Sequence record: OR413578.1
Reading direction: 5' to 3' (one strand)
Length of the DNA: 64,000 bases
The stretch's first letter is position 1. Each line of letters begins with the position of its first letter. Below the pieces are notes generated by a model, which saw only the letters and a program-made list of their open reading frames with translations, was not told where the DNA came from and searched no databases. Positions 26,137-36,215 of the stretch are shown here, piece by piece. A program made the position numbers and the translations under genes.

Positions 26137-27807
26137 ATGAGCATTACTGTTGAACAAATCAAAAACGTCATCGTTAAACACCTCGATCAGGACGCGGTAC
26201 TGTCGCAGTTGAATAACGTGATGCGTAGTCGTAGCATTCCGCCAGATCAGGCGTTAAAGATTGCGACGTATGTTGCGGCATGGGCAGCATCCAAAGGGGG
26301 TAGTGAAGCACAGGTTATCGCATATGCAGTCGATGCGTATAAAGCAGCTGCCTATCAGCAGGTGCATAACGCAGGCGACGCGTATAACGACGATCGTCAC
26401 ACCAAACTGGTTAATGCTTGGGAACAAGTCGGTAAGATTCTTGCCGAAATTCGTTCTCAGCAGTCCGGCGGTTTGGGTGGCAGTGGTGGTTTAGGTGGTG
26501 GTAGCAACGCAGGCGGGTTACTGGGCGGTAACAGTTCTGGCGGTGTGCGTGTTACTGATGGCTTGACCATGTCTTCTGCGCCATCCGGTGGTGTTAAGAT
26601 TGGTAACACGGATGCGGCACTAACCGTGATTGCTGGCGGCGCAGGTCTTAACCTGGTCAGTGATCCTATTCTGAACCCACAACCGGCGCAAGTAGCCCCA
26701 GCACAACAGCCCCAGCCTGAACCAGCACCGGTGCCTGTACAACCAATGCCGGTGTCTAATGCTACAGTTAATAACCCAGTGCTTTCCCCACTCGGCGCAA
26801 CAGAAGAAACCGAGAAGGACACTACCAATGGCCCAATTAACAACATTCTGCAGGAGATTGATTTGATGGAAGACTACGCACTTCACGAGCTGAAAACCCC
26901 CGAGCTTAAAATGTCGATTCCAGCGAAGGAAGCTAACAGTCGCATTAAGCAATCTGTTTACGCGGAAACGCGTGATTGGGCTACACCGTTGCAAGATATC
27001 TTTAACGGTAATGAAGAGGTTGTTTTCTACGACGGGGCTGACCTGATTGTGCGTGCACGGGATAGTTATCGCGCGTATCTGGTCGGTGTTAACACTGATA
27101 TGTGCGAACGCATGAAGCAATTTGTTGCTAAGCACGACGCACTGAAATCCGATCTCGACAGCCTGGCGTTGGTAGAAGATGTTGAAACTATCATGGCTAA
27201 GGTGAAGCGTACGATCGATGAACTGCGTAAGAACACGAAAGAACTGCACGAATATGCGATTGCGAACAGCAGCGAAGCAGAAGTGGTTATCAGTGAAATT
27301 TCTCGCTTTGCTAATGCGTACCTGGCGAATATCACTTTCCTGGTACACAACGCGCTGTCGCTGGGCACTAAGCGCGGTAAAGATGTGCCGAAGTTCAAAG
27401 CTATCGATTTCGAACGGAAAATCAGCGATATTGATTTCTTCGTAAAAGATCTGTTCACTGCAACCGCTGGCGACAACGGCGTAAGTGAATATGAAGACTG
27501 GTTCCGTGACCTGTTCCTGATGGTAGCGAACTCTCTGCGCAAACTGACTATCAAGCTGAGCGATTCTGGCAAGGTGGTTAATCTGATTCAGAGCCAGTTC
27601 ACCATCGTGATTCCAGGCATGTACCATTCTGTTGATAAACACGACGTAGTTACGGTAGCGTCTCTGGGCAATACCGCAGACCCGGTTGTGTCTATCTACG
27701 AAGCAGTACAGGAAAACGTGCCACATGCAATTGTATTGATGCAGCTGCCGCAGCACACTTACTTGCTTCTGAGCAATGGTGAGAAAACTGCACCAGTGTT
27801 GTACTAA
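26137..27807 (+). CDS. conserved hypothetical protein with G/S- and P/Q-rich linkers (556 aa)
   Basis: TAAGGAG SD; low-complexity central linker. Confidence 0.7.
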   Translation: MSITVEQIKNVIVKHLDQDAVLSQLNNVMRSRSIPPDQALKIATYVAAWAASKGGSEAQVIAYAVDAYKAAAYQQVHNAGDAYNDDRHTKLVNAWEQVGKILAEIRSQQSGGLGGSGGLGGGSNAGGLLGGNSSGGVRVTDGLTMSSAPSGGVKIGNTDAALTVIAGGAGLNLVSDPILNPQPAQVAPAQQPQPEPAPVPVQPMPVSNATVNNPVLSPLGATEETEKDTTNGPINNILQEIDLMEDYALHELKTPELKMSIPAKEANSRIKQSVYAETRDWATPLQDIFNGNEEVVFYDGADLIVRARDSYRAYLVGVNTDMCERMKQFVAKHDALKSDLDSLALVEDVETIMAKVKRTIDELRKNTKELHEYAIANSSEAEVVISEISRFANAYLANITFLVHNALSLGTKRGKDVPKFKAIDFERKISDIDFFVKDLFTATAGDNGVSEYEDWFRDLFLMVANSLRKLTIKLSDSGKVVNLIQSQFTIVIPGMYHSVDKHDVVTVASLGNTADPVVSIYEAVQENVPHAIVLMQLPQHTYLLLSNGEKTAPVLY

Positions 27808-27814
27808 GTAATAC

Positions 27815-27849
27815 GGAGACCTTCGGGTCTCCTATTATTATTTTTTTAT
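27815..27849 (+). terminator. intrinsic terminator
   Basis: GGAGACC-TTCG-GGTCTCC followed by a T run. Confidence 0.8.
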
Positions 27850-27873
27850 TCTATCGTGAAAAGGAGTATTAAA

Positions 27874-28140
27874 ATGTCTAGTGTTGAAGCAGTAATCTAT
27901 TTTGAAAACGATGGGGTCGCGGGGTGCGGCTTCCCGAAGACAGCTGGGGTTAAATCTCTGTTGGCAAAGTATAAAGAGGAGCTTAAGAAAACGGCAGGGC
28001 AGAACCCTGGCGTGCCGCTGCGTAGTATTTTTCCTGAGATGGAGAAGGCTGCAAAAGTTGATCCGGTGTTGGGTATGTTCTGCGGGATGATCAAAGAGCG
28101 ATTCCCTGACATTGATAAGTACCACATTACGCTGGCGTAA
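27874..28140 (+). CDS. hypothetical protein (88 aa)
   Basis: Start moved to ATG 27874 behind AAGGAG. Confidence 0.65.
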   Translation: MSSVEAVIYFENDGVAGCGFPKTAGVKSLLAKYKEELKKTAGQNPGVPLRSIFPEMEKAAKVDPVLGMFCGMIKERFPDIDKYHITLA

Positions 28141-28174
28141 TTATTATAGAGTAGCTCTATAATGAGGTTCGAGC

Positions 28175-28477
28175 ATGGTAAAGTTCATTGTTGTCAATAT
28201 GGATTTTGAGCGTAGTGTGCGTTTTCGCTTTGAGTTACCTGAAAACAAAGCGACTGAAGCTTTCTTAGCCGACTTCCACAAAGCCAAAACAGCGATCAGT
28301 CATGGACGTCGCTGGCAAATCTTCTATAACGCCCGTAAAGGCCTCCTGAAGGCGTTAAAAGCAGCAAAGGATACAAAGGTATTGGAAAAGCTAGAACCTT
28401 TCCAGAACGACCCTCTGGCGATTGGTATCATGCTCGACGAACTGGTTAATAAACCCAAAGCTGCTGCAGAAGATTAA
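28175..28477 (+). CDS. hypothetical protein (100 aa)
   Basis: GAGG SD; converges on the portal gene. Confidence 0.6.
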   Translation: MVKFIVVNMDFERSVRFRFELPENKATEAFLADFHKAKTAISHGRRWQIFYNARKGLLKALKAAKDTKVLEKLEPFQNDPLAIGIMLDELVNKPKAAAED

Positions 28478-28537
28478 AAAAGAAAAGGTACCTCTCCCCG
28501 AAGGGAGAGGTAAACCTTATTTCTTTTTCTTTTTTTG
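28478..28537. terminator. bidirectional terminator
   Basis: A tract, TACCTCTCCC-CGAA-GGGAGAGGTA, T tract, between converging genes. Confidence 0.85.
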
Positions 28538-28538
28538 T

Positions 28539-31283
28539 TTAGAGGACGTTGTCTGGGTTGTCGTCGGTAGTTCCTTCACCGCCTTCTGTGCCTTCCGTTC
28601 CCTCGGTAGTTGTTTCCGTGGTTTCGGTCGACTCAGTAGTTTCCTCTGTACTATCACCACCGGTGCCGTTATCCGTATCGAGATCGAGGTCTAAATCATC
28701 GTCACCCCCACCGCCGAGATCCCCATCGCCACCACCAGTGTCACCGCCCGCATCAAAACCACCACCGAATCCGCCGGAAGCATCATTAGGATCAAGGTCG
28801 GCATTCTTCGCTAACGTTTCCAGTCGCCCGGTGAAACGTTTCGCCAATTGAATCAGCGTTTTCGAAGCAGCCATCGCTTCATCAGTCATCATGGTGATGT
28901 TGTCCTGACGAGAATCATCGTCGTAAACCAGATCGAAGAAGTCGGTTTCAATACCTTGTTTACGCAGCCAGTTGCGCGTATAGAAGGACTTGATCATCGT
29001 CTTCAGATCGTTCGGGTCCATCGAGATGCCTTCTTGCTGGAGTTGCGCAGCAATGTCATCCGTTACAACCAGATCAGCCAGCTTCTCAAAGAACTCCGTA
29101 CGTTTATCGAACAGCTCCATCTGCGAAGCTGCTGCCGATGTGTCGGGTGGTGGTAAGGTTACTTTCATACCGTTGATAAACGCAGCCAGATACTCAGAGA
29201 CCTTTTTCGTAATCTGGTCAGTAGTCATCCCATTGCCGTTAGCATTGATGTACTCTGCAATGATTTTAATCATCGCTGATTGCAACGACGGAGAGGCCAA
29301 CATCCCATTAACTACGTAACGTGTCAGTGGCTTAGAGAGAATCTCTTGCTTCTTAACAACCTGCTGGGTGACCAGTAACGATTTAGAGAAGATCTGTGAA
29401 GCAAACTCGATGTTCTCGGGGGTCATTACCAGGTCAGGGTCAACACCTGCGATGTGACAAGTGCGACGTAACAGACCTTCGTCGAAATCCTTATCCGGGT
29501 ATTTATAATCCGGCGTAGTGTCCGACACAGACACTTTGGTACTACCGTAGTAGTCGTTACCAATAACGTTAAACGCAATACCTGCGTTTGTCGTCATTGC
29601 CCAGGTGTCGTTCATGTCCCCCCACATCGGTTGACGACGGTTATAGGAGTTCATGATGTCTGTTTTCAGCTGGTCAATTGTTTTCTGACCGTTCATGTCA
29701 TCTGGTGCCAACTCAATGTCGTACTGCATGTGACGTGCAGAGTTCAACACCGCAGAGTTCATGGTAGCGAACAACAGCGCCATACGGACAGTAGAGATAA
29801 CGAACGAGCGTTCGGTAATAGATACACCGATACCATCTTCATCAAAGTCCGTGGCAAAATAGCAAAGGTTTTCCGCAGGAATATAAATAACCTGCGTATG
29901 ACGTTTTGCCAGATGGCGCGCCAGCATGATACGGCTGAACGTTTCGGTTACTGTCATGCTAATCTCAGCACCACCCAACGCCTCACCCAACGCTTTTGTC
30001 AGCTGGTCTTCAGCAATCTCACCATAACGCGCTGTTAAGCGGTTAGCAATGTCTGGTGTGATTCGGGTTGTGTTGCCCATCCCCAGATTCGCGCGGTTGA
30101 TTGTCGAATCTACCATACCGTCGTTGTTCAGGTAGTTCATGAAGTTCGCATCCCCGTAAAGTGTGGAACGCGAGTTAATGAAGTTACCCATTTCGTCAAC
30201 GATGGCCAGATAACCTATGGGGTTACGAACATCGTCACCGATAACGAGTGGGAGTGTGGACTCTGCTGGCAGTAATCGTTCCGTGTATTCGATTTTGTTG
30301 GCATCGGAGAAACTCATCTTCGGTACTTCGCCGTAAAGCTTTTGCTCAGGCGTTTTCTGGTACGCTTCGTTGAGGTCGCCGATGTTGATTAAACCGAGTT
30401 TTGCCTTCTCTTGTTCGCTGTCTGTGAACTGGTCAGCGTTATACTCTGACGCACCTGTCGGCGTAGAAGGTTGTTCATATGCGTACTGCTCTAACTGACC
30501 GAACAGGCCGGTGCGAGCATTCTCCTGTGCCACACGGCGATAAGCCTCTGGTAGCAGGGTAATACGCGGGTTGTCGGTGATAACGATATCCAGGGAAGCT
30601 AACATACCGTCTGCTTTAAACGGACTGTTAGGGGCTGCTGCAAAGTTAAGTTTAATGGTTTGCGGCTTGGTGGGCTTGTCAGCGCCACGTGCACGACCCA
30701 GAATACTTTCTACACCAACCTTCGGTTTGTTTTCACCGCCAATCTTGCCCAGGATACCCAACTGACGTTCAAAGAAGTCAGATTGGCTACGGCGCAACGA
30801 TTCGGTTGCAACAGACGGCTTTAAGCCGAAGAGTTCATCGAATCCGGTATCTGAAATCAGCAACACCGGGCTCGCGCCTTTGGATTTCAGTGCATCGTAA
30901 ATCCACTGATACAGTTTGTTGGGTAACTGACGCGTGTGGTCATGGAATTCACGCACAGGTTCCAACAACTGTTGACGCAGGTCGATCGGGATATCAGCCA
31001 CGTTGTCGTAAATCAGCGTGGTGTTAATCAAATCTTTTGTGGACAGGAGCGAGGAGGTCGCGATGGTAACAATGACCTCTAACTCAGGGAGCGCATCAAA
31101 GATACGTTCGGCATTTTTAACGGTGCGAATGCGGCTACTCGCAATGCCCGTGAGTTCTGTACGGGTTGGTGTAACGCCGCCATCTTCACGCTTACCGCGT
31201 TGCTGCTGAGCCGACGGGCTCGTGGACTTACGCAGTATGGCAGCTACCGCGGGGTCGCCCGTTAATTTACTAATATCTTCCAT
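28539..31283 (-). CDS. portal protein (SPN3US gp81 / phiKZ gp129 family)
   Basis: 914 aa, minus strand, ATE-161 and AQE-254 processing motifs, acidic G/D/T/E-rich C-tail. Confidence 0.85.
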   Translation of the reverse strand: MEDISKLTGDPAVAAILRKSTSPSAQQQRGKREDGGVTPTRTELTGIASSRIRTVKNAERIFDALPELEVIVTIATSSLLSTKDLINTTLIYDNVADIPIDLRQQLLEPVREFHDHTRQLPNKLYQWIYDALKSKGASPVLLISDTGFDELFGLKPSVATESLRRSQSDFFERQLGILGKIGGENKPKVGVESILGRARGADKPTKPQTIKLNFAAAPNSPFKADGMLASLDIVITDNPRITLLPEAYRRVAQENARTGLFGQLEQYAYEQPSTPTGASEYNADQFTDSEQEKAKLGLINIGDLNEAYQKTPEQKLYGEVPKMSFSDANKIEYTERLLPAESTLPLVIGDDVRNPIGYLAIVDEMGNFINSRSTLYGDANFMNYLNNDGMVDSTINRANLGMGNTTRITPDIANRLTARYGEIAEDQLTKALGEALGGAEISMTVTETFSRIMLARHLAKRHTQVIYIPAENLCYFATDFDEDGIGVSITERSFVISTVRMALLFATMNSAVLNSARHMQYDIELAPDDMNGQKTIDQLKTDIMNSYNRRQPMWGDMNDTWAMTTNAGIAFNVIGNDYYGSTKVSVSDTTPDYKYPDKDFDEGLLRRTCHIAGVDPDLVMTPENIEFASQIFSKSLLVTQQVVKKQEILSKPLTRYVVNGMLASPSLQSAMIKIIAEYINANGNGMTTDQITKKVSEYLAAFINGMKVTLPPPDTSAAASQMELFDKRTEFFEKLADLVVTDDIAAQLQQEGISMDPNDLKTMIKSFYTRNWLRKQGIETDFFDLVYDDDSRQDNITMMTDEAMAASKTLIQLAKRFTGRLETLAKNADLDPNDASGGFGGGFDAGGDTGGGDGDLGGGGDDDLDLDLDTDNGTGGDSTEETTESTETTETTTEGTEGTEGGEGTTDDNPDNVL

Positions 31284-31294
31284 TGGGGTCTCCG

Positions 31295-33478
31295 ATGCAG
31301 AGATTTAACATTTTTCGTGACCAGGCTATCCAATTAGCGAAATCCCTGATTGTCAAATCAGAGAGCATCGCACAACAGATGAACCTGGCAATAACCAAAA
31401 ACGGCGGTTTCGTTTCCGAGAACCGTGAGACGTGGCGGTATTACCTACACTTAGCAGGTAAACGACATGCAATCGACAAGCCGATATACATTACGTCACT
31501 CGACACGCAAGAGCAGATAGAGTTAACGACGCAGAACCTCTCCCGTCATAAAAAGACCTCAAACGTATATCGTTCTAACCCGGAGTATATCGACGACTTA
31601 ATCGCCGAGTATCCGGACTACGCAGTATACATTCGCGGTACTTTCAATCCGATTGATATTGCATATGCGATACGTGTCGATGACTGCTCAATTTTGTATT
31701 ACGATCCTGCTTTAGTTGAACCGCAGGAGACGTCGTTAATTACACATATTGAGAACTTTATTCGTGCAGCACATGTGCGGTTCATGGCCGATGGCTGGAA
31801 AGTTCACAACGACTGTTTCGTACTGGCCTTTTACATGCAGCAGTACCCGGTGTGGCCGGGGCTTATCATGTACATCCGCAAACGGTTACAGTTTACGACC
31901 GAAACGCACTCCTACTACGTGACCGAGTTCTTGGCTTCACACCAAGAACTGCACGAGTTCATGCCGTACCTGACCCTCAAGCAGAAATTCACACTGTATC
32001 GCAATATCCGTTACTGGGAACGTAACTCTGGTAAGGAAGAAATCTTTACCTGGATGATTGACACCCTGCTGACGGGTTGGGGTATGCCTGCTGTTGGATA
32101 TAAGGTCGCCCAGCAGATTCACGACCCGACGACGGGCAGTGACGATGACCTGACACCACTCCCGATCGGCTACCAGTCATCGCTTAACTATACTGAACGT
32201 GACTCGGGCCGTGACCTGGACATTGTTAGCACAACTGACATCATCCAGAAAGAAATCAATCTGGCGTACAATAACCCAGTGCACGAACCTGACTATCAGG
32301 AAGACCTCGATCGGCGTTTGAGCTTGACGCAGTATCCGAACCTGCCAACGAAGTTAGTTGAGGTAACGGCGATTGACCCAGAGGCCATCGAACGTTGGGA
32401 ATTTATGCATGGCTTGTTCAACGAGTGGATGCATATCGTGGCACGTGGACAGTACAACATTTACCACGAAATTCTTAACCCAACGAACGGGGATACGCTA
32501 AAGCTCACTTCAAAAGAGCTGCTGGCACTGTTCTTGTATGCGAGCTTCAAAGGTTATTCGGGTGTAGCACTGGATAAAATCCCGGTGTGGAACGTGTTTG
32601 GTGTGCTAATCAAACGCTGGGTTGGTTTTGATGAGATGGAGCAGCATCTGCCAAGCTCATGGCCCGGCCGTTTTAATGCGTTGATTAACTATTACACGGA
32701 CACGCATCATGAAGTTATCGGTAATTTGATGTCTGCAGATGAGTTGTACGATGAAATCAGCGAAATCATGGTGCAGAAGCGTCGTCGTTACCGTTACTCG
32801 TATAATCGACACAAGCTAGCCGACCGTGCTGCTGGCACAATGCTGTTTACCTACCATTACCGTGACTATAAGTGCGATCTTGACCTACCTTACCGCGATT
32901 ACGACGAGTTCTTCAAAACGTTTGGTTTTGATTACGAGTTAGTCTCCGCGGAAACCTGGCAGGACATCGCCACCGACGCTTTAAACGTGGCCACTAATCT
33001 GGAAACACGTGCGTCTGTCTCACAAGCTGAAATACAACGCGCGATGGTGCGGTTAATGACGAAACTCTCGTCGTATACTGTCCATTTTGCCGCACGTATG
33101 GGTTCTGACACCTACGATGTCACCGACCCAGTCATCCCGATTCTGGATGATATTCTCGCAGAGGCTGCCGATACAACAAATATCATTTACCCTCTGACAG
33201 ACGTGCAGCGTGTGAGCCGTAGTTCATTCATGACGACGGATAAGCCCATCCCTGTCGCTCCCGTGATAAAGGAAATGGCAATCCCGCAACGTATTAAGTT
33301 GCGGATGAATGTCTACCCTGGTATCCGCGTGAAGGTCGAGCAGGATGTTGTGATCGATATGGCACAGCCACCTATTGATGTTATCCGTGTGCGGACGTCA
33401 TTTGAGGAGTGGACGCTTGCCGAGCGCGTGGCCGACCGTGACATGGATGGCTTCCGGCTAGACCAATTACCAAAGTGA
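31295..33478 (+). CDS. baseplate/virion structural protein (phiKZ gp128-like position)
   Basis: ATG 31295 preferred over TTG 31283; WRYYLHLAG..H..D.PIYITSLDT motif; divergent from portal. Confidence 0.6.
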   Translation: MQRFNIFRDQAIQLAKSLIVKSESIAQQMNLAITKNGGFVSENRETWRYYLHLAGKRHAIDKPIYITSLDTQEQIELTTQNLSRHKKTSNVYRSNPEYIDDLIAEYPDYAVYIRGTFNPIDIAYAIRVDDCSILYYDPALVEPQETSLITHIENFIRAAHVRFMADGWKVHNDCFVLAFYMQQYPVWPGLIMYIRKRLQFTTETHSYYVTEFLASHQELHEFMPYLTLKQKFTLYRNIRYWERNSGKEEIFTWMIDTLLTGWGMPAVGYKVAQQIHDPTTGSDDDLTPLPIGYQSSLNYTERDSGRDLDIVSTTDIIQKEINLAYNNPVHEPDYQEDLDRRLSLTQYPNLPTKLVEVTAIDPEAIERWEFMHGLFNEWMHIVARGQYNIYHEILNPTNGDTLKLTSKELLALFLYASFKGYSGVALDKIPVWNVFGVLIKRWVGFDEMEQHLPSSWPGRFNALINYYTDTHHEVIGNLMSADELYDEISEIMVQKRRRYRYSYNRHKLADRAAGTMLFTYHYRDYKCDLDLPYRDYDEFFKTFGFDYELVSAETWQDIATDALNVATNLETRASVSQAEIQRAMVRLMTKLSSYTVHFAARMGSDTYDVTDPVIPILDDILAEAADTTNIIYPLTDVQRVSRSSFMTTDKPIPVAPVIKEMAIPQRIKLRMNVYPGIRVKVEQDVVIDMAQPPIDVIRVRTSFEEWTLAERVADRDMDGFRLDQLPK

Positions 33479-33485
33479 GAGACTT

Positions 33486-34013
33486 ATGGGATACCGTATA
33501 GATTTATCAAAAACCCCGAAACAGATTCTGGTTGAGAGAATCAATTACGTTTTTAAGTTATCGTATAGTGAAAATAACTACGAGTTTAACCCACGTGGGG
33601 TGTGGCCGTTAACCCAAGCAGAGCGACGCGCTAAAGGTGTGGAGTCTAAAGTTGCGGCACGCTTTGTAAATGGGGTACACGGCACTCAAGAGTTTTACCT
33701 GACTCGCGCGGACTTAAACAAGTTACTTAAAGACGTAACGGTTGAAGTCCCGAAGGGTGCGGCGGAATGGAGCCATGAATTAGTTCCGTATATTGTCGAT
33801 GAGCTGGGTCTCCAGCTTGACACCTACGATATCATGGTTGAACCGATTACCCCAGAAATGGAATCGTATGAGGCGCGCTTAATCCCGCACCATCTATCTT
33901 TCAAAGGCACGATTACGATTACTTTTGTTGACCCAACTCCCCGTAAGCTGGCGCAGCTGGTAACTAAACGGGCACTCGACGGGTTTCGCCCAGGAGAATT
34001 TTTAAATGGCTAA
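33486..34013 (+). CDS. tail/baseplate protein of the phiKZ gp131-like paralogue family
   Basis: LVERIN...TRADLNKLL pattern shared with 38312 and 55703; C-terminal KRALDGFR. Confidence 0.55.
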   Translation: MGYRIDLSKTPKQILVERINYVFKLSYSENNYEFNPRGVWPLTQAERRAKGVESKVAARFVNGVHGTQEFYLTRADLNKLLKDVTVEVPKGAAEWSHELVPYIVDELGLQLDTYDIMVEPITPEMESYEARLIPHHLSFKGTITITFVDPTPRKLAQLVTKRALDGFRPGEFLNG

Positions 34014-34893
34014 CACCAAAGTTTACGATGGTAAACTGTCAACAGTGACTCTTAACGCGATGCGACTTACGACCGCGTTATTGACAGGTGCTGACGTGCA
34101 GTACCCACAGAAATCCACGATGAACGAGTTTTATAAACTCATGACCTCGAAAGTTCCCGATGGCGCTACACGTCCGCATTTAGGATACATGTGCGTGGGT
34201 AACCGTGGTCACATCGTTGATCAGTCTGATGTTGTGGCAGACGTTGTTCCCGTCGCGAAATCCCCGATTGCGTCAGGGATGTTCTCGCGCGTTCCATTGG
34301 TACTGCGTACGTTGGATAATGACTTGTCTGATGAGCAACGTAAACAGTACGCTTTCCGTACTCGTGAAACTATCGGCGCGCGGGATTACTGGGCGTATTA
34401 TCTGAAACGTATCGACATGCGCGCAGTGAAGACCACTGACCTGGATATCACTCGCGAAAACGGTGTTGAAACCGTCAAAGATTTCGTCTATACCGATGCG
34501 GAACTGAACCCGGTACCGAAAGAACTCCCAGACTACGATTACGACGATGACGGCACTGTAGAGATCCCCGACGGTCGTTATGTTGAATCGGGCGCAGACC
34601 TGGTGATTCCATGGACTGAGTTTGATGTTCAGGAATACATGAACGTGACGGCGATTCTACGTGGTACGCCACGCAGTTCGATTATCTCTGAAATTGCGCT
34701 GTGCTCTGGCGTTGATACCCCTGAAACGGGTGAGTCGGCTACCGGTTCACAGTTCAGCTACGACGAAGCTATCGGTGTGCAGGCGTTGTACTACATCTCC
34801 CTGTTCACTAACCTGGCACAGACCAACGATCGTCTGTCACTGACCATCCGTATCGGCCAGCCGGCACCGTGGTTCTTAGGGACAGCTAACTGA
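34006..34893 (+). CDS. conserved virion structural protein (295 aa)
   Basis: YMCVGNRGH, VPLVLR..DNDL, ISEIALCSGVD; synteny. Confidence 0.55.
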   Translation: MANTKVYDGKLSTVTLNAMRLTTALLTGADVQYPQKSTMNEFYKLMTSKVPDGATRPHLGYMCVGNRGHIVDQSDVVADVVPVAKSPIASGMFSRVPLVLRTLDNDLSDEQRKQYAFRTRETIGARDYWAYYLKRIDMRAVKTTDLDITRENGVETVKDFVYTDAELNPVPKELPDYDYDDDGTVEIPDGRYVESGADLVIPWTEFDVQEYMNVTAILRGTPRSSIISEIALCSGVDTPETGESATGSQFSYDEAIGVQALYYISLFTNLAQTNDRLSLTIRIGQPAPWFLGTAN

Positions 34894-35543
34894 TGCTGAT
34901 TCCTGAGCCGAGGTTACCCGACAGTATGGTGAGGATTGCGGCTGTTGACCCCGGTACTGCCCATCTTGGGATGGCGGTTATCGACTGGGAATTTGGCCAA
35001 CCTCAAGGTGAAGTTGTCTGGGCGGGCACGGCTCATGTTGCGGACCCTACGCACAATGGCTCTTTTGGTGAGTGCGTAGGGAAACGCGATGCGCGTTTGG
35101 TAGAATTAGAAGAACGCTTTCGTGAGTTTTTAAAACTGGCAAGGCCGACTTTTGTCGCTACCGAAACTCCGTTCATGCGAAGAGCTAAGCTCTCAGCGTA
35201 CGAATCTGGGGTGGAATTGCAACTGATGTTGCGGCGAACGCTTTGGGACGTGTTTCCCGAAAAATATCTCCATGGGTTTAATCCTATTATTGTGAAGTCG
35301 TACGTTGGTGTGGAAGCAAAGGGTACAGATAAATCGCATATGCAACAAGCGGTGACCAAACTCTACGCGAACCATACCCGGTGCGACTTATCGGTATTGG
35401 ATGAACACAGTATCGATGCCGTGGCGGTGGGCAATATCTTCGTCAGGGTCAACTTATTAAACCTAAATAGTCTTCTTCCGCCCAAGGTTAAAGTTCCTAA
35501 AGCTAAGGCCGGTAAGCGGAAAGGAAGACGCCGGAGGAAATAG
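34893..35543 (+). CDS. ruvC: RuvC-like Holliday junction resolvase
   Basis: IAAVDPGTAHLG, VATETPF, EHSIDAVAV acidic catalytic motifs. Confidence 0.85.
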   Translation: MLIPEPRLPDSMVRIAAVDPGTAHLGMAVIDWEFGQPQGEVVWAGTAHVADPTHNGSFGECVGKRDARLVELEERFREFLKLARPTFVATETPFMRRAKLSAYESGVELQLMLRRTLWDVFPEKYLHGFNPIIVKSYVGVEAKGTDKSHMQQAVTKLYANHTRCDLSVLDEHSIDAVAVGNIFVRVNLLNLNSLLPPKVKVPKAKAGKRKGRRRRK

Positions 35544-35545
35544 CG

Positions 35546-36118
35546 ATGTCGCAGTCTTTGCAAGAAGCCTCGACGGATGTGTTGGATGTTCTTATCCAGG
35601 CGGGCACCAATAAATTAAGCCTGGAAGAGAGTAACCGACTAAAAACAGCCGCCCAGACCGCTTTGGGAAGTGATGTTGAAATTGATGTCACTAAACCTGC
35701 TAACGTGATTCTTACTTCTTTACGCCCCCTCATCCTTGAGCAGGTGGGGAACATGGCGAAAACGTTTGAATCGCAAGCAAAAGCCGCCGTAGAAAGCATG
35801 GATGAAAAGCTCGCCAAAGAAACGTTATTGACCCTGTGGCCAAATTTGAAAGGTCCGCAGAAAGTCCTTATCGTTTTGTTGGTGCTGACCACTGTGGTGA
35901 TTACTGGCGCGATGGCCTGGGACACGCACCTGCATTATCCACAGGAGTTAACGGATGTGCTGATTGTGGCGCTCTTACCTTTGTTTGCTCAGGCCGTGTT
36001 CTTTACATGGCCGATTAAGACACTTGCTTACAATTCGATGGCCATTGGTGCCAAGGTTGTTGAATACAAGCTGAATAAGAGCAACGCGAAGCAACAGACT
36101 ACCGCACCTAAAGAGTAA
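35546..36118 (+). CDS. membrane protein, two predicted TM helices (holin candidate)
   Basis: VLIVLLVLTTVVITGAMAW and VLIVALLPLFAQAVFFTW segments, basic C-tail. Confidence 0.5.
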   Translation: MSQSLQEASTDVLDVLIQAGTNKLSLEESNRLKTAAQTALGSDVEIDVTKPANVILTSLRPLILEQVGNMAKTFESQAKAAVESMDEKLAKETLLTLWPNLKGPQKVLIVLLVLTTVVITGAMAWDTHLHYPQELTDVLIVALLPLFAQAVFFTWPIKTLAYNSMAIGAKVVEYKLNKSNAKQQTTAPKE

Positions 36119-36120
36119 TT

Positions 36121-36164
36121 AAGCCCTCTTCTCCTCCTGGAGAAGAGGCTTCTTATTTTTTTTT
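36121..36164 (+). terminator. intrinsic terminator
   Basis: CCTCTTCTCC-TCCT-GGAGAAGAGG followed by a T run. Confidence 0.8.
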
Positions 36165-36215
36165 ATTACGTCTACGTAAATTACTGTGTAAGCACGGCCC
36201 AAAAGGAATATAAAA

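Noticed and set aside
26620-27756. 378-aa minus-strand ORF, and similar antisense ORFs over 1492-6805
   Set aside because: Same shadow effect; fully nested opposite well-supported genes.
28539-28790. G/D/T/E-rich low-complexity tract as a repeat element
   Set aside because: It is the in-frame acidic C-terminal tail of the portal protein.
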